From contig CAVFKD010000001.1 of NCBI GenBank assembly GCA_963623095.1, positions 19,204 through 83,203 of the forward strand: a DNA stretch of 64,000 nucleotides, written 5' to 3'. Origin of the DNA: a bacterium. GTDB lineage: Bacteria; Bacillota_I; Bacilli_A; RFN20; CAG-449. This document shows positions 20,098-27,911 of the stretch, piece by piece. The notes beneath the pieces are model-generated. The model saw only the letters and a list, made by a program, of their open reading frames with translations, searched no databases and was not told the origin of the DNA. The position numbers and the translations under genes were made by a program. Within the stretch, counting starts at the first letter, position 1. Each line of letters opens with the position of its first letter.

Positions 20098-20721
20098 TTA
20101 AAATAAAGAAATTTTATTTTGAGCCACTTTTTGGACTGGTTTATACGAATAACGATAAAGTCCTTTTATTGGTCCATATTTTGAAAGAAGTTCCAGATGT
20201 TCTTTAGTTGGATAGCCTTTATGCTTCTTTAAATTGTATTGGGGATATTGCTTATCGAGTTCTTCCATAATGTTATCTCTAGTAACTTTGGCAAGAATGG
20301 AAGCTCCAGCGATACATAATGCTTTTGCATCACCTTTAATCAAATCTTCTTGAGGTATTCCATCAAAGCCAAATAATGGCATACAATCGGTCAATATATA
20401 ATCAGGCTTAATTCCTAAATTATTAATCGCATCAGTCATTCCTTTTCTGCTGGCTTCATAAATATTTATGCGGTCAATTGTTTCAGGATCAATGACAATA
20501 ATTTGATAATATAATGCATCTTTTATTATCTGAGGGAATAATTCTCTTCTTTTTTTATCTGTTAACTTCTTTGAATCATTGATTGCTTCATTGACATAAT
20601 CTTTTGGAAAAATAACTGCCGCGCAGACAACTGGTCCACATAAAGGTCCTCTTCCTGCTTCATCTGTACCAACAATCAAAGAATAGCCTTGTTCAAATAA
20701 ATGTTTTTCGTAATCTAACAT
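20098..20721 (-). CDS. rnhB: Ribonuclease HII
   Basis: Active-site motif VGTDEAGRGPLCGPVV. Conserved rbgA-rnhB pair. Confidence 0.9.
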   Translation of the reverse strand: MLDYEKHLFEQGYSLIVGTDEAGRGPLCGPVVCAAVIFPKDYVNEAINDSKKLTDKKRRELFPQIIKDALYYQIIVIDPETIDRINIYEASRKGMTDAINNLGIKPDYILTDCMPLFGFDGIPQEDLIKGDAKALCIAGASILAKVTRDNIMEELDKQYPQYNLKKHKGYPTKEHLELLSKYGPIKGLYRYSYKPVQKVAQNKISLF

Positions 20722-21569
20722 AATTCATCTACAATTGTTTTAACAATTAATCCTTCCTTAAATTCTTTTAAAAGTAATTGTTCCGCTTTTTCAAGGTCAT
20801 AATTTTGTCCTTGTAATAATAAGCCTCTTCTAATTGCAATTCCCTTAAAAATAGTTTCTTCATTTTCTAAATCTTCATCTTTAAGATTATATCTTTCTTT
20901 TAATGCATCTTTATGATTCTTCAATAAGAAATTAATCAATGCAGTTGATAAATCACTAACGGAGATTGTTTCTAATTTCATCGATCCAATTAATGCAAGA
21001 TTAATCGCAGCTTGGTTATTATCATAATGTGGAGGTAAAATACCTGGAGTATCTAATAATTCAAACTTATCAACTCTAATCCATTGTTGGCTTCTAGTAT
21101 GTCCTGGAGTATTCGCAGAACTTGCGGATCCTCTTTTTGATAAACGATTGATCAATGTTGATTTACCAACGTTAGGAATACCAATAACCATAATTCTTAA
21201 AGGTTGAGGTTTCATTCCTCTTCTTATATCGCGGTCTATTTTATCTTGACCAACAACATAGATATCTTTAATTAATTTGTTAATATCATTATTTTGATTT
21301 AAATCACACGCGACAGGATAATATCCATCATTTTTGAATTTCTCTTCAAAAGCTTTTAATTTATTCATGTCGCATAAATCTTTTTTAGACATTACAATAA
21401 TTCTTTTTTTAGATTTAGTAAGATTCTCTAAATATTTGTTTTTACTAGAAATAGGAGCTCTTGCATCAACTATTTCTAATACAATATCGATTAATTTTAT
21501 TTTTTGTTCGATTTCCCTCATTGCTTTTTGCATATGTCCAGGAAACCAATGAACTCCTTTTTGTTGCAT
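20715..21569 (-). CDS. rbgA: Ribosome biogenesis GTPase A (YlqF/RbgA), circularly permuted GTPase
   Basis: Motifs WFPGHM, DARAP, and G-motifs GIPNVGKST and DTPG. Confidence 0.9.
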   Translation of the reverse strand: MQQKGVHWFPGHMQKAMREIEQKIKLIDIVLEIVDARAPISSKNKYLENLTKSKKRIIVMSKKDLCDMNKLKAFEEKFKNDGYYPVACDLNQNNDINKLIKDIYVVGQDKIDRDIRRGMKPQPLRIMVIGIPNVGKSTLINRLSKRGSASSANTPGHTRSQQWIRVDKFELLDTPGILPPHYDNNQAAINLALIGSMKLETISVSDLSTALINFLLKNHKDALKERYNLKDEDLENEETIFKGIAIRRGLLLQGQNYDLEKAEQLLLKEFKEGLIVKTIVDELC

Positions 21570-21578
21570 AAAAACCTC

Positions 21579-22169
21579 CTAAAAAAATTTCCAAGGGATA
21601 AAAGTTGTTTGATAACTACTTTGACCATTGCACGATTTATCATCCCCACATGAAGCATATTTATAAATAAGTTTTACTTTACCTTTAATTTCGCTTTTAT
21701 TGATTGGTCCATAATATCTTGCATCAATAGAATTACCACGATTATCACCTAAAGTAAAATATTGATTCTCACCTAAAGTTATATCAATGTAACTGCCAGA
21801 ATAAGTATATTTTGAATAAGATGTTCCTAAATAACTACTTTCATCTAATAATTCATCATTAATATAAATTTGTCCAGTTTTATCAATAACTAAATGTTCA
21901 TTTGGTAATCCAATAACTCTTTTAATTACTTCATAATCATCAGAATTATTACTTTTTCTTGTGTATATAACAATATCATTACGGTTAATAGATGCATATT
22001 GTATCTTACATGCATATCCAACATAACCTTCAACTAATGTAGGTTCCATAGAAGAACCAACAACTATAAATTGGTAATAGAAGATTTCTGAAACAATAAA
22101 TAAAACACATATTGCCACTAAAACGACAATAGAGATACATGCGCAAATTTTTAATATCTTATTCTTCAT
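21579..22169 (-). CDS. lepB: Signal peptidase I with Cys-rich C-terminal tail
   Basis: Catalytic Ser box GSSMEPTL, GDNR box, N-terminal TM anchor. Confidence 0.85.
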   Translation of the reverse strand: MKNKILKICACISIVVLVAICVLFIVSEIFYYQFIVVGSSMEPTLVEGYVGYACKIQYASINRNDIVIYTRKSNNSDDYEVIKRVIGLPNEHLVIDKTGQIYINDELLDESSYLGTSYSKYTYSGSYIDITLGENQYFTLGDNRGNSIDARYYGPINKSEIKGKVKLIYKYASCGDDKSCNGQSSYQTTFIPWKFF

Positions 22170-22242
22170 AAAACATTCTCACCCATAAAGATTATATCTT
22201 TATATTAGTGTTTAAGCAACTCATTTTTTAAAGTAAAATCGC

Positions 22243-22270
22243 ACAAAAAAACTAGATTTAATCTAGTCTT
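22243..22270 (-). terminator. Bidirectional intrinsic terminator (ACTAGAT-tta-ATCTAGT flanked by A-run/T-run)
   Basis: Perfect 7-bp stem. A6 on the plus 5' side (= U-tract for the minus-strand gene ending at 22280) and T5 on the 3' side. Confidence 0.55.
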
Positions 22271-22279
22271 TTTATAGTA

Positions 22280-23047
22280 TTAATTAATTCCTAAAATCTT
22301 CTTAGCTTTTAAGTTAATTTCGTTGCAATCAGTATTTAAATCTAATACCATTTTCGCGTATTTATCAGCCTTTTGTTTATCATTTCTTAAATAAAAATAA
22401 GTCATTAAATAACTAATGTTATTAATAGAATCAATCTTTCTATTCTTAATATTAGTTTTAATAATATATTCAATATCATCTTCTATATAAGAAATATCTT
22501 TTACATTAATCGCAATAGTATATCTATCTAACACAGGGTTTTTAGATTTATTTTCACTTACTTTTTTTCTTGCTTCTTCTAATAAATCTAATGAAATTAA
22601 ATAATCAATTTCTAATCTTTGATAAACACCATAATAATATTTATGTGTTGGTTTTTTTAATTTTAAAAATAGTTCTTGTGCTTTAGAAACATCATATAAG
22701 AAATAGACATTTACTCTAAGCATTTCAATATAATTTAATGTCTCATCATTAATCTTATTAGACATTGATTTTAATTTATCTAATCCCTCGATAAATTCTT
22801 TACAATTACCACTTTTCTTATATTTAGAAATAAGTCTAAATCCAGGACTTATAAAATATCCTCCGATCAAGATAACAATAAAAGATATTAATACAAAGCC
22901 AAAAGCTTCAAAAACTAAGCAATTACGTTTAGAAATATATGCGCTTATGATATAAGGAATAAAGCCTAAATACAAAAGATGCATCAAAATCATTGTCGTA
23001 TTTTGCTTTTTAGAATATATACCATCTAAATATTTTTTATCTTTCAT
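22280..23047 (-). CDS. Hypothetical membrane protein (2 N-terminal TM helices + helical cytoplasmic domain)
   Basis: ORF with RBS GGAG. No recognisable catalytic motifs. Confidence 0.4.
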   Translation of the reverse strand: MKDKKYLDGIYSKKQNTTMILMHLLYLGFIPYIISAYISKRNCLVFEAFGFVLISFIVILIGGYFISPGFRLISKYKKSGNCKEFIEGLDKLKSMSNKINDETLNYIEMLRVNVYFLYDVSKAQELFLKLKKPTHKYYYGVYQRLEIDYLISLDLLEEARKKVSENKSKNPVLDRYTIAINVKDISYIEDDIEYIIKTNIKNRKIDSINNISYLMTYFYLRNDKQKADKYAKMVLDLNTDCNEINLKAKKILGIN

Positions 23048-23180
23048 AATCTATCTCCATCGCCATTATATTATAACAAATAATTTACACTTGTAAATAT
23101 TCTTTACTTTACCATTTTTATTCGATATTTACTTATTTTTTACTATGTGTTATTATAATGTTTAGAAAAAGAGGTTATTT

Positions 23181-24011
23181 ATGTTTTCTTACCAACATTT
23201 TATATGGCTTGGAATATGTATTTTACTCCAACCAGTCTATTATTTTTTATTTAAAAAAGTTTTAAAAAAATTAACTTTTAAACAATTTTTATATTTAAGT
23301 TCTGCGATAGTTTTATTATTAGAAGTAATCTTAAATTTCGGTATGATGTATTATGTACCTTATGCTGAAAATAATAAAATGTATGGCTATTATGCACCAT
23401 ATTTTGAACCAAGAGATTTTCCTTTACATCTTTGTTCAATTCAATTTATTACCCTATTTATTACTGCGCATACAAAAAATGAAAAACTCAGAAAAACATT
23501 ATTGTCTTTCTTATATCCAACCACGATATTTGGAGGAGCAATTGCAATAATAATTCCAGATATATTTACTTATAAAACACCGATTGATTGGTGGATGAGT
23601 CAAAGTTTTATCTCACCTGTTTATTATTCATTCTTTATTGTTCATTCATTCTTAATTTATGTAGGAATCAGAATTGGCACAAGTAAAGAAATAGATTTCC
23701 ATTTCAAAGATACATTTAAAGGTAGTTTAGTTCTTCTTGGATTAGGTCTATTATCATTATTTGTCAATTCAATGTTCACTGTTGTAGAAAGAGATCCTGA
23801 AACTGGAGTAGTAACAAAAATAATTTCAAACGCTAATCTATTCTTCACCTATGATTTACCAATAAGTGGTATAGTATTAACTGAAAAGTGGCAATGGATT
23901 ATCTACTTCTTTATTCTAGTATTATTAGTAATTAGCATCTTTATGTTATTCTATCTTCCATTCTATATTAGAGATCGAAAGTTAAAGAAAAAAGAAAACC
24001 AACAAATCTAA
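23181..24011 (+). CDS. Hypothetical polytopic membrane protein (~7 TM)
   Basis: RBS AAAGAGGT. Highly hydrophobic with Trp/Tyr-rich loops. Family not recognised from sequence. Confidence 0.4.
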   Translation: MFSYQHFIWLGICILLQPVYYFLFKKVLKKLTFKQFLYLSSAIVLLLEVILNFGMMYYVPYAENNKMYGYYAPYFEPRDFPLHLCSIQFITLFITAHTKNEKLRKTLLSFLYPTTIFGGAIAIIIPDIFTYKTPIDWWMSQSFISPVYYSFFIVHSFLIYVGIRIGTSKEIDFHFKDTFKGSLVLLGLGLLSLFVNSMFTVVERDPETGVVTKIISNANLFFTYDLPISGIVLTEKWQWIIYFFILVLLVISIFMLFYLPFYIRDRKLKKKENQQI

Positions 24012-24037
24012 GGCCACCTAAAAGGAGGCCTTTTATT
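24011..24037 (+). terminator. Hairpin AGGCC-a-CCT-aaa-AGG-a-GGCCT + TTTTATT whose 3' arm contains the RBS (AGGAGG) of the next gene
   Basis: Read directly. The stem overlaps the Shine-Dalgarno of the ORF starting at 24038. Confidence 0.45.
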
Positions 24038-24820
24038 ATGAAAAAATTTAAAAAAATAAAATTAACTAAATTCTCCATTGCGATATTAATCTTTTGTATA
24101 TGTATTTTAATTGGAACTACTATCTCATTTTTCTTTTTTAATGGAAGTGCCCATGTATCAAGACTTATTTTAATCTTATTACAAACATTAATGATGATTG
24201 CTCTAATATTACTTCCTCCATTATTAGATAAAGTAGTAAATATCAAAATACCTCCATTAATGGAAATAATATTTGTATTATTTTGTTTCGCAGGAGTTAT
24301 TTTAGGTGACGTATTTAATTTCTATGGCATTATAGGTTGGTGGGATTCTCTTCTCCATACTATTTCCGGCGTATTATTTGGTATTGTTGGTTATGCAATC
24401 ATTAACACATTTAACTATGTCGAGAATGATAAAATAAGATTCTCCCCATTATTTGTTTCAATTTGGGTTGTTTGCTTTTCTTTAGCGATGGGTGCTTTTT
24501 GGGAATTAATTGAATATGCGATGGATGGACTTTTTGGTCTCAATAGCCAACAATTTATGGACAATCGAGGAACAATCGCAGATGGTACTCCATTAGTTGG
24601 TCATGCCGCATTAACAGATACAATGAAAGATTTATTTTTAGATTTAGTCGGATCTTTATTTATTTCTATTATTGGTTTTATTGATTTAAGAAAACAAAAA
24701 AATGGATTTACCACTTTAAAACTTGAAGTAAGTGGAAAAACTAAAGAAAAGTTAGATAAAGATTTACATCTCACTCAAGAAATAAGTAAAGATGAAATCG
24801 ATAATGAACTTAAAAAGTGA
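24038..24820 (+). CDS. Hypothetical polytopic membrane protein with conserved His/Glu/Asp-containing loops (possible membrane metal-dependent hydrolase)
   Basis: Strong RBS. 6-7 TM. Motifs WDSLLHTISG, FWELIEYAMDG. Confidence 0.4.
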   Translation: MKKFKKIKLTKFSIAILIFCICILIGTTISFFFFNGSAHVSRLILILLQTLMMIALILLPPLLDKVVNIKIPPLMEIIFVLFCFAGVILGDVFNFYGIIGWWDSLLHTISGVLFGIVGYAIINTFNYVENDKIRFSPLFVSIWVVCFSLAMGAFWELIEYAMDGLFGLNSQQFMDNRGTIADGTPLVGHAALTDTMKDLFLDLVGSLFISIIGFIDLRKQKNGFTTLKLEVSGKTKEKLDKDLHLTQEISKDEIDNELKK

Positions 24821-24840
24821 TGCGTCGCATCACTTTTTTT
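24817..24840 (+). terminator. Intrinsic terminator (GTGATGCG-t-CGCATCAC + T7) overlapping the stop codon
   Basis: Perfect palindrome followed by TTTTTTT. Confidence 0.8.
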
Positions 24841-24924
24841 CTTATTTTTATTATTTATTCTTACTAGCTCTTTTACGAATTGAAATTTTTAAATCTTGTA
24901 TAATACATCCATAGACATTAAAAC

Positions 24925-24957
24925 AAAAATAAAAAACCTTCCCGAAGGAAGGCTTTT
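24925..24957 (-). terminator. Bidirectional intrinsic terminator after rplS (CCTTCC-cgaa-GGAAGG flanked by A/T runs)
   Basis: GC-rich 6-bp stem with tetraloop. Long A-run on plus (U-tract on minus). Confidence 0.75.
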
Positions 24958-24979
24958 ACTCACTAAATTAAATATTAGA

Positions 24980-25327
24980 TTAGAGAACTTCTTTAAGACG
25001 TGCGCTCTTACCTTTTCTGTCACGTAAGAAGTAGATTTTGTTTCTTCTTACTTTACCATGTTTAATGACTTCGACAGAAGCAATATTTGGGGAGTTTACT
25101 GGGAATGTTCTTTCAACACCGATACCAGATGACATTTTTCTTACGATAAATGTTTCGCCAACTCCTGAGCCGCGACGTGAAATGACAACACCTTGGAATA
25201 CTTGGATTCTTGATTTGCCACCTTCAATAATTCTAACGTTAACTTTAATTGTATCACCAGCGACAAATTTTGGTAAATCTGTTCTAATTTGTGATTTAGT
25301 GATTTTTTCAACTAATTGGTTATTCAT
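24980..25327 (-). CDS. rplS: 50S ribosomal protein L19
   Basis: 115 aa. Motifs FVAGDTIKV and VVISRRG. RBS AAAGGAG. Confidence 0.95.
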   Translation of the reverse strand: MNNQLVEKITKSQIRTDLPKFVAGDTIKVNVRIIEGGKSRIQVFQGVVISRRGSGVGETFIVRKMSSGIGVERTFPVNSPNIASVEVIKHGKVRRNKIYFLRDRKGKSARLKEVL

Positions 25328-25580
25328 ACTGAATTACACGCTCCTTTCACAGATCGTTAACTAGTTTCCTAGCTGCATGATATTTTCACATGCCCAATTA
25401 ATATACCACTATAAGAGTATCAGTTCAACACTTTTTTATTAGATTTTAATTTTTCTATTCCTCGTACTTAGGTTAAAAATTTAATAATCGATTTATGTTT
25501 TCTTGAGTTCTTATATATCTTATTTAATTTACTACATTATAATTATTCAAAAAATATTTATAAATGTTAAGTAAAAATAC

Positions 25581-25609
25581 TTGACAGTTATTTCAAATAC
25601 CTTTATTAT
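25581..25609 (+). promoter_or_regulatory. Putative sigma-A promoter of rpsP operon (TTGACA-N17-TATTAT)
   Basis: Consensus -35 with a near-consensus -10 at 17-bp spacing, ~30 nt upstream of rpsP RBS. Confidence 0.6.
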
Positions 25610-25638
25610 TATTCCCGTAGCCTTAAGGAGGTATATTT

Positions 25639-25917
25639 ATGGCAGTTAAAATTAGATTAACAAGAACTGGTCGTCATGATGACCCATCTTATAGAATTGT
25701 AGTCGCAGATTCACGTTTCTCACGTGATGGCCGTTACATCGAACAAGTTGGTTATTTCGATCCAAAAGCTCAAGGACAAACACCTACAATCAAATTAGAA
25801 AATGAAAAAATCTTAGCTTGGTTAGAAAAAGGTGCTAAACCATCAGACACAGTTAGATCTTTACTTTCAGATGCTGGCATCATGAAAGAATTCGCTTCAA
25901 AAAAAGCTTCTAAGTAA
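25639..25917 (+). CDS. rpsP: 30S ribosomal protein S16
   Basis: MAVKIRLTRTGRHDDPSYRIVVADSR. RBS AAGGAGG. Confidence 0.95.
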   Translation: MAVKIRLTRTGRHDDPSYRIVVADSRFSRDGRYIEQVGYFDPKAQGQTPTIKLENEKILAWLEKGAKPSDTVRSLLSDAGIMKEFASKKASK

Positions 25918-25935
25918 TTGGAGATAGTAATTATT

Positions 25936-26205
25936 ATGGATTACATAGTAGCTATCCACAAGATCATTGATCCAATCGTTTCTCATCCAGAAGCTCTTGA
26001 AATCACTGAACTTGAAAATGAAAACAAAAAAGATCGTACATTCGTTATTAAATGCGAAAAAGACGATGCTGGTAGATTAATTGGTAAACGTGGTTCTACC
26101 GCGGATGCATTAAGAGAAGTCTTAAGTATTGCAGGTAAAACTAACTCAGAAAGAATTCATATTAAATTCGTTTCTGAACCAGTCGAAGAAACTGAAGCAA
26201 AATAA
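25936..26205 (+). CDS. KH-domain RNA-binding protein (YlqC family)
   Basis: KH GxxG motif LIGKRGSTADAL. Start set to ATG (MDYIV...). The track start is TTG. Confidence 0.75.
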   Translation: MDYIVAIHKIIDPIVSHPEALEITELENENKKDRTFVIKCEKDDAGRLIGKRGSTADALREVLSIAGKTNSERIHIKFVSEPVEETEAK

Positions 26206-26210
26206 ATATT

Positions 26211-26232
26211 AAGTCCTTCGGGACTTTTTATT
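26211..26232 (+). terminator. Intrinsic terminator/attenuator between KH gene and rimM (AAGTCC-ttcg-GGACTT + TTTTTA)
   Basis: GC-containing 6-bp stem with UUCG tetraloop and U-tract. Confidence 0.6.
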
Positions 26233-26274
26233 TTCTCTATTTTTATATATAATTAAGAAAACGTGGAGGTAATT

Positions 26275-26787
26275 ATGACTAAATTAATTATTGGTACTAT
26301 TTTAAAAACACAAGGTTTAAAAGGAACTGTTAAAGTATTCTCTCAAACAGACTTCGCACCTACTAGATATAAAAAAGGCAATAATGTTTATATTGAAACT
26401 AAGACTGGAGAAGAAATAAAAGTCACTGTCAGCGATTATTATTTTTACCAAGGTTTTGATTATGTCACATTTGAAGAATATCCTACAATTGAATCAATTA
26501 CTCCTTTATTAGGTAGTAAAATATTCGCGAATAAAGAAGAACTTCCACCTCTTGAAGAAGGTAGTTATTATTTCTGTGATTTAATCGGTTTAGATGTTAT
26601 TGATGAGTCTAGAGGTAACGTTGGTAAAGTTATTGAAATTAATGACTATGTTGGTAGACGTTCATTAAGAGTATTATTAAAAAACAAAAAAGAAATTTTA
26701 ATTCCATATATCGGAGCTTTTGTTAAAAAAGTTGATTTAGTAAATAAAAAGATTGAAGTTACTTTAATTGATGGGATGGTAGAATAA
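26275..26787 (+). CDS. rimM: Ribosome maturation factor RimM
   Basis: N-terminus IIGTILKTQGLKGTVKV. ATG start chosen after GGAGGT RBS (the track start is GTG). Confidence 0.9.
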   Translation: MTKLIIGTILKTQGLKGTVKVFSQTDFAPTRYKKGNNVYIETKTGEEIKVTVSDYYFYQGFDYVTFEEYPTIESITPLLGSKIFANKEELPPLEEGSYYFCDLIGLDVIDESRGNVGKVIEINDYVGRRSLRVLLKNKKEILIPYIGAFVKKVDLVNKKIEVTLIDGMVE

Positions 26788-27566
26788 TGAAGATCACTAT
26801 TCTTACATTATTTCCTGATATGTTTACTTCTTTTTTAAGTAACTCAATTATTAAAAGAGGTATCGCAAAAGGATTAATTGAATTTGAAATTGTCAATATC
26901 CGTGATTTTACTTTAGATAAAAATCACCGTGTTGATGATTATCCTACTGGAGGAGGCGCAGGTTTAATTATGAAAGTTCAACCTGTATTAGATGCTTTAA
27001 AATCAGTCAAAAAAGATAATTCATATACTTTGATGACTTCTCCTCGTGGTAAAACATTTAATCAAGAAAAAGCGATTGAATTATCTAAAAAAGATCATCT
27101 TATCTTCGTATGTGGTCATTATGAAGGAATCGATGAAAGATTTAATAAATATGTCGATGAATTAGTCTCTATTGGTGATTATATCCTCACTGGAGGAGAA
27201 GTTCCAGTTATGGCAATGAGTGATTCAATTATCCGTTTAATTAAAGGCGTAATTTCTGAAGATTCAACTTCTGAAGAATCATTTAACAATGGCTTATTAG
27301 AATATCGTCAATACACTTTCCCATATGATTATGAAGGAGATAAAATTCCTGATATTCTCTTTTCTGGCAATCATGAAGCGATTAGAAAATATCGTCAAAG
27401 AGAATCTTTGTATTTAACTAGATTATATCGCCCTGATTTATTTTCTAAATATCAAATGACTAAAGAAGATTTAAAGTTACTTGATGAATTAGATAAAAAC
27501 ATTACTCCTAAATGGGAGTTAGAAGCGTTAACTAAAGGCGCAAAATTCATAAAAAAGGATAAATAG
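26787..27566 (+). CDS. trmD: tRNA (guanine37-N1)-methyltransferase
   Basis: MKITILTLFPDMF. The sequence (F)SGNHEAI matches the TrmD C-terminal region. TAATG overlap with rimM. Confidence 0.95.
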   Translation: MKITILTLFPDMFTSFLSNSIIKRGIAKGLIEFEIVNIRDFTLDKNHRVDDYPTGGGAGLIMKVQPVLDALKSVKKDNSYTLMTSPRGKTFNQEKAIELSKKDHLIFVCGHYEGIDERFNKYVDELVSIGDYILTGGEVPVMAMSDSIIRLIKGVISEDSTSEESFNNGLLEYRQYTFPYDYEGDKIPDILFSGNHEAIRKYRQRESLYLTRLYRPDLFSKYQMTKEDLKLLDELDKNITPKWELEALTKGAKFIKKDK

Positions 27567-27600
27567 ACATTACTAAAACCAAGATGTAATGTCTTTTATT
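27565..27600 (+). terminator. Intrinsic terminator after trmD (AGACATTAC...GTAATGTCT + TTTTATTTT)
   Basis: 9-bp perfect stem + U-tract. Confidence 0.75.
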
Positions 27601-27640
27601 TTGCACTTGAATTTAATATTTCACATTTTCAGGTGCAAAA

Positions 27641-27871
27641 ATGAGTATTAAATCAAATTATTTTAAATTAAGCAAAGAAGAATTTAAACTTTATTTGGAA
27701 AATATAAAATCTCAAGATGATACTTTGTTTCTATTAGATAATAAGTATTTCTTTTATTATGATTCAAATATATCTTCTAAAATTCTTGATTTAAAAAATA
27801 AAGTTATAGAATTTGATATGCTTGAAACTAAAATCGGCAAATTTATATATCGCAAATTCAATTTAAAATAA
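27641..27871 (+). CDS. Hypothetical small protein (76 aa)
   Basis: ATG with AGGTG 8 nt upstream, sitting between two terminators. No similarity recognised. Confidence 0.3.
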   Translation: MSIKSNYFKLSKEEFKLYLENIKSQDDTLFLLDNKYFFYYDSNISSKILDLKNKVIEFDMLETKIGKFIYRKFNLK

Positions 27872-27872
27872 A

Positions 27873-27909
27873 AGATTCTATCTTACTAAATGTAAAATAG
27901 AATCTTTTT
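27873..27909. terminator. Bidirectional terminator (AGATTCTAT...ATAGAATCT with flanking A/T runs)
   Basis: 9-bp perfect stem. Serves convergent genes on both strands. Confidence 0.65.
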
Positions 27910-27911
27910 AC

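Noticed and set aside
23353-24246. ORFs 23353-23550+, 23657-23848-, 23968-24246- overlapping the two membrane-protein genes
   Set aside because: Alternative-frame or antisense to longer ORFs with proper RBSs and hydrophobic-helix periodicity.
25038-25364. 108-aa plus-strand ORF antisense to rplS
   Set aside because: rplS identity is certain.
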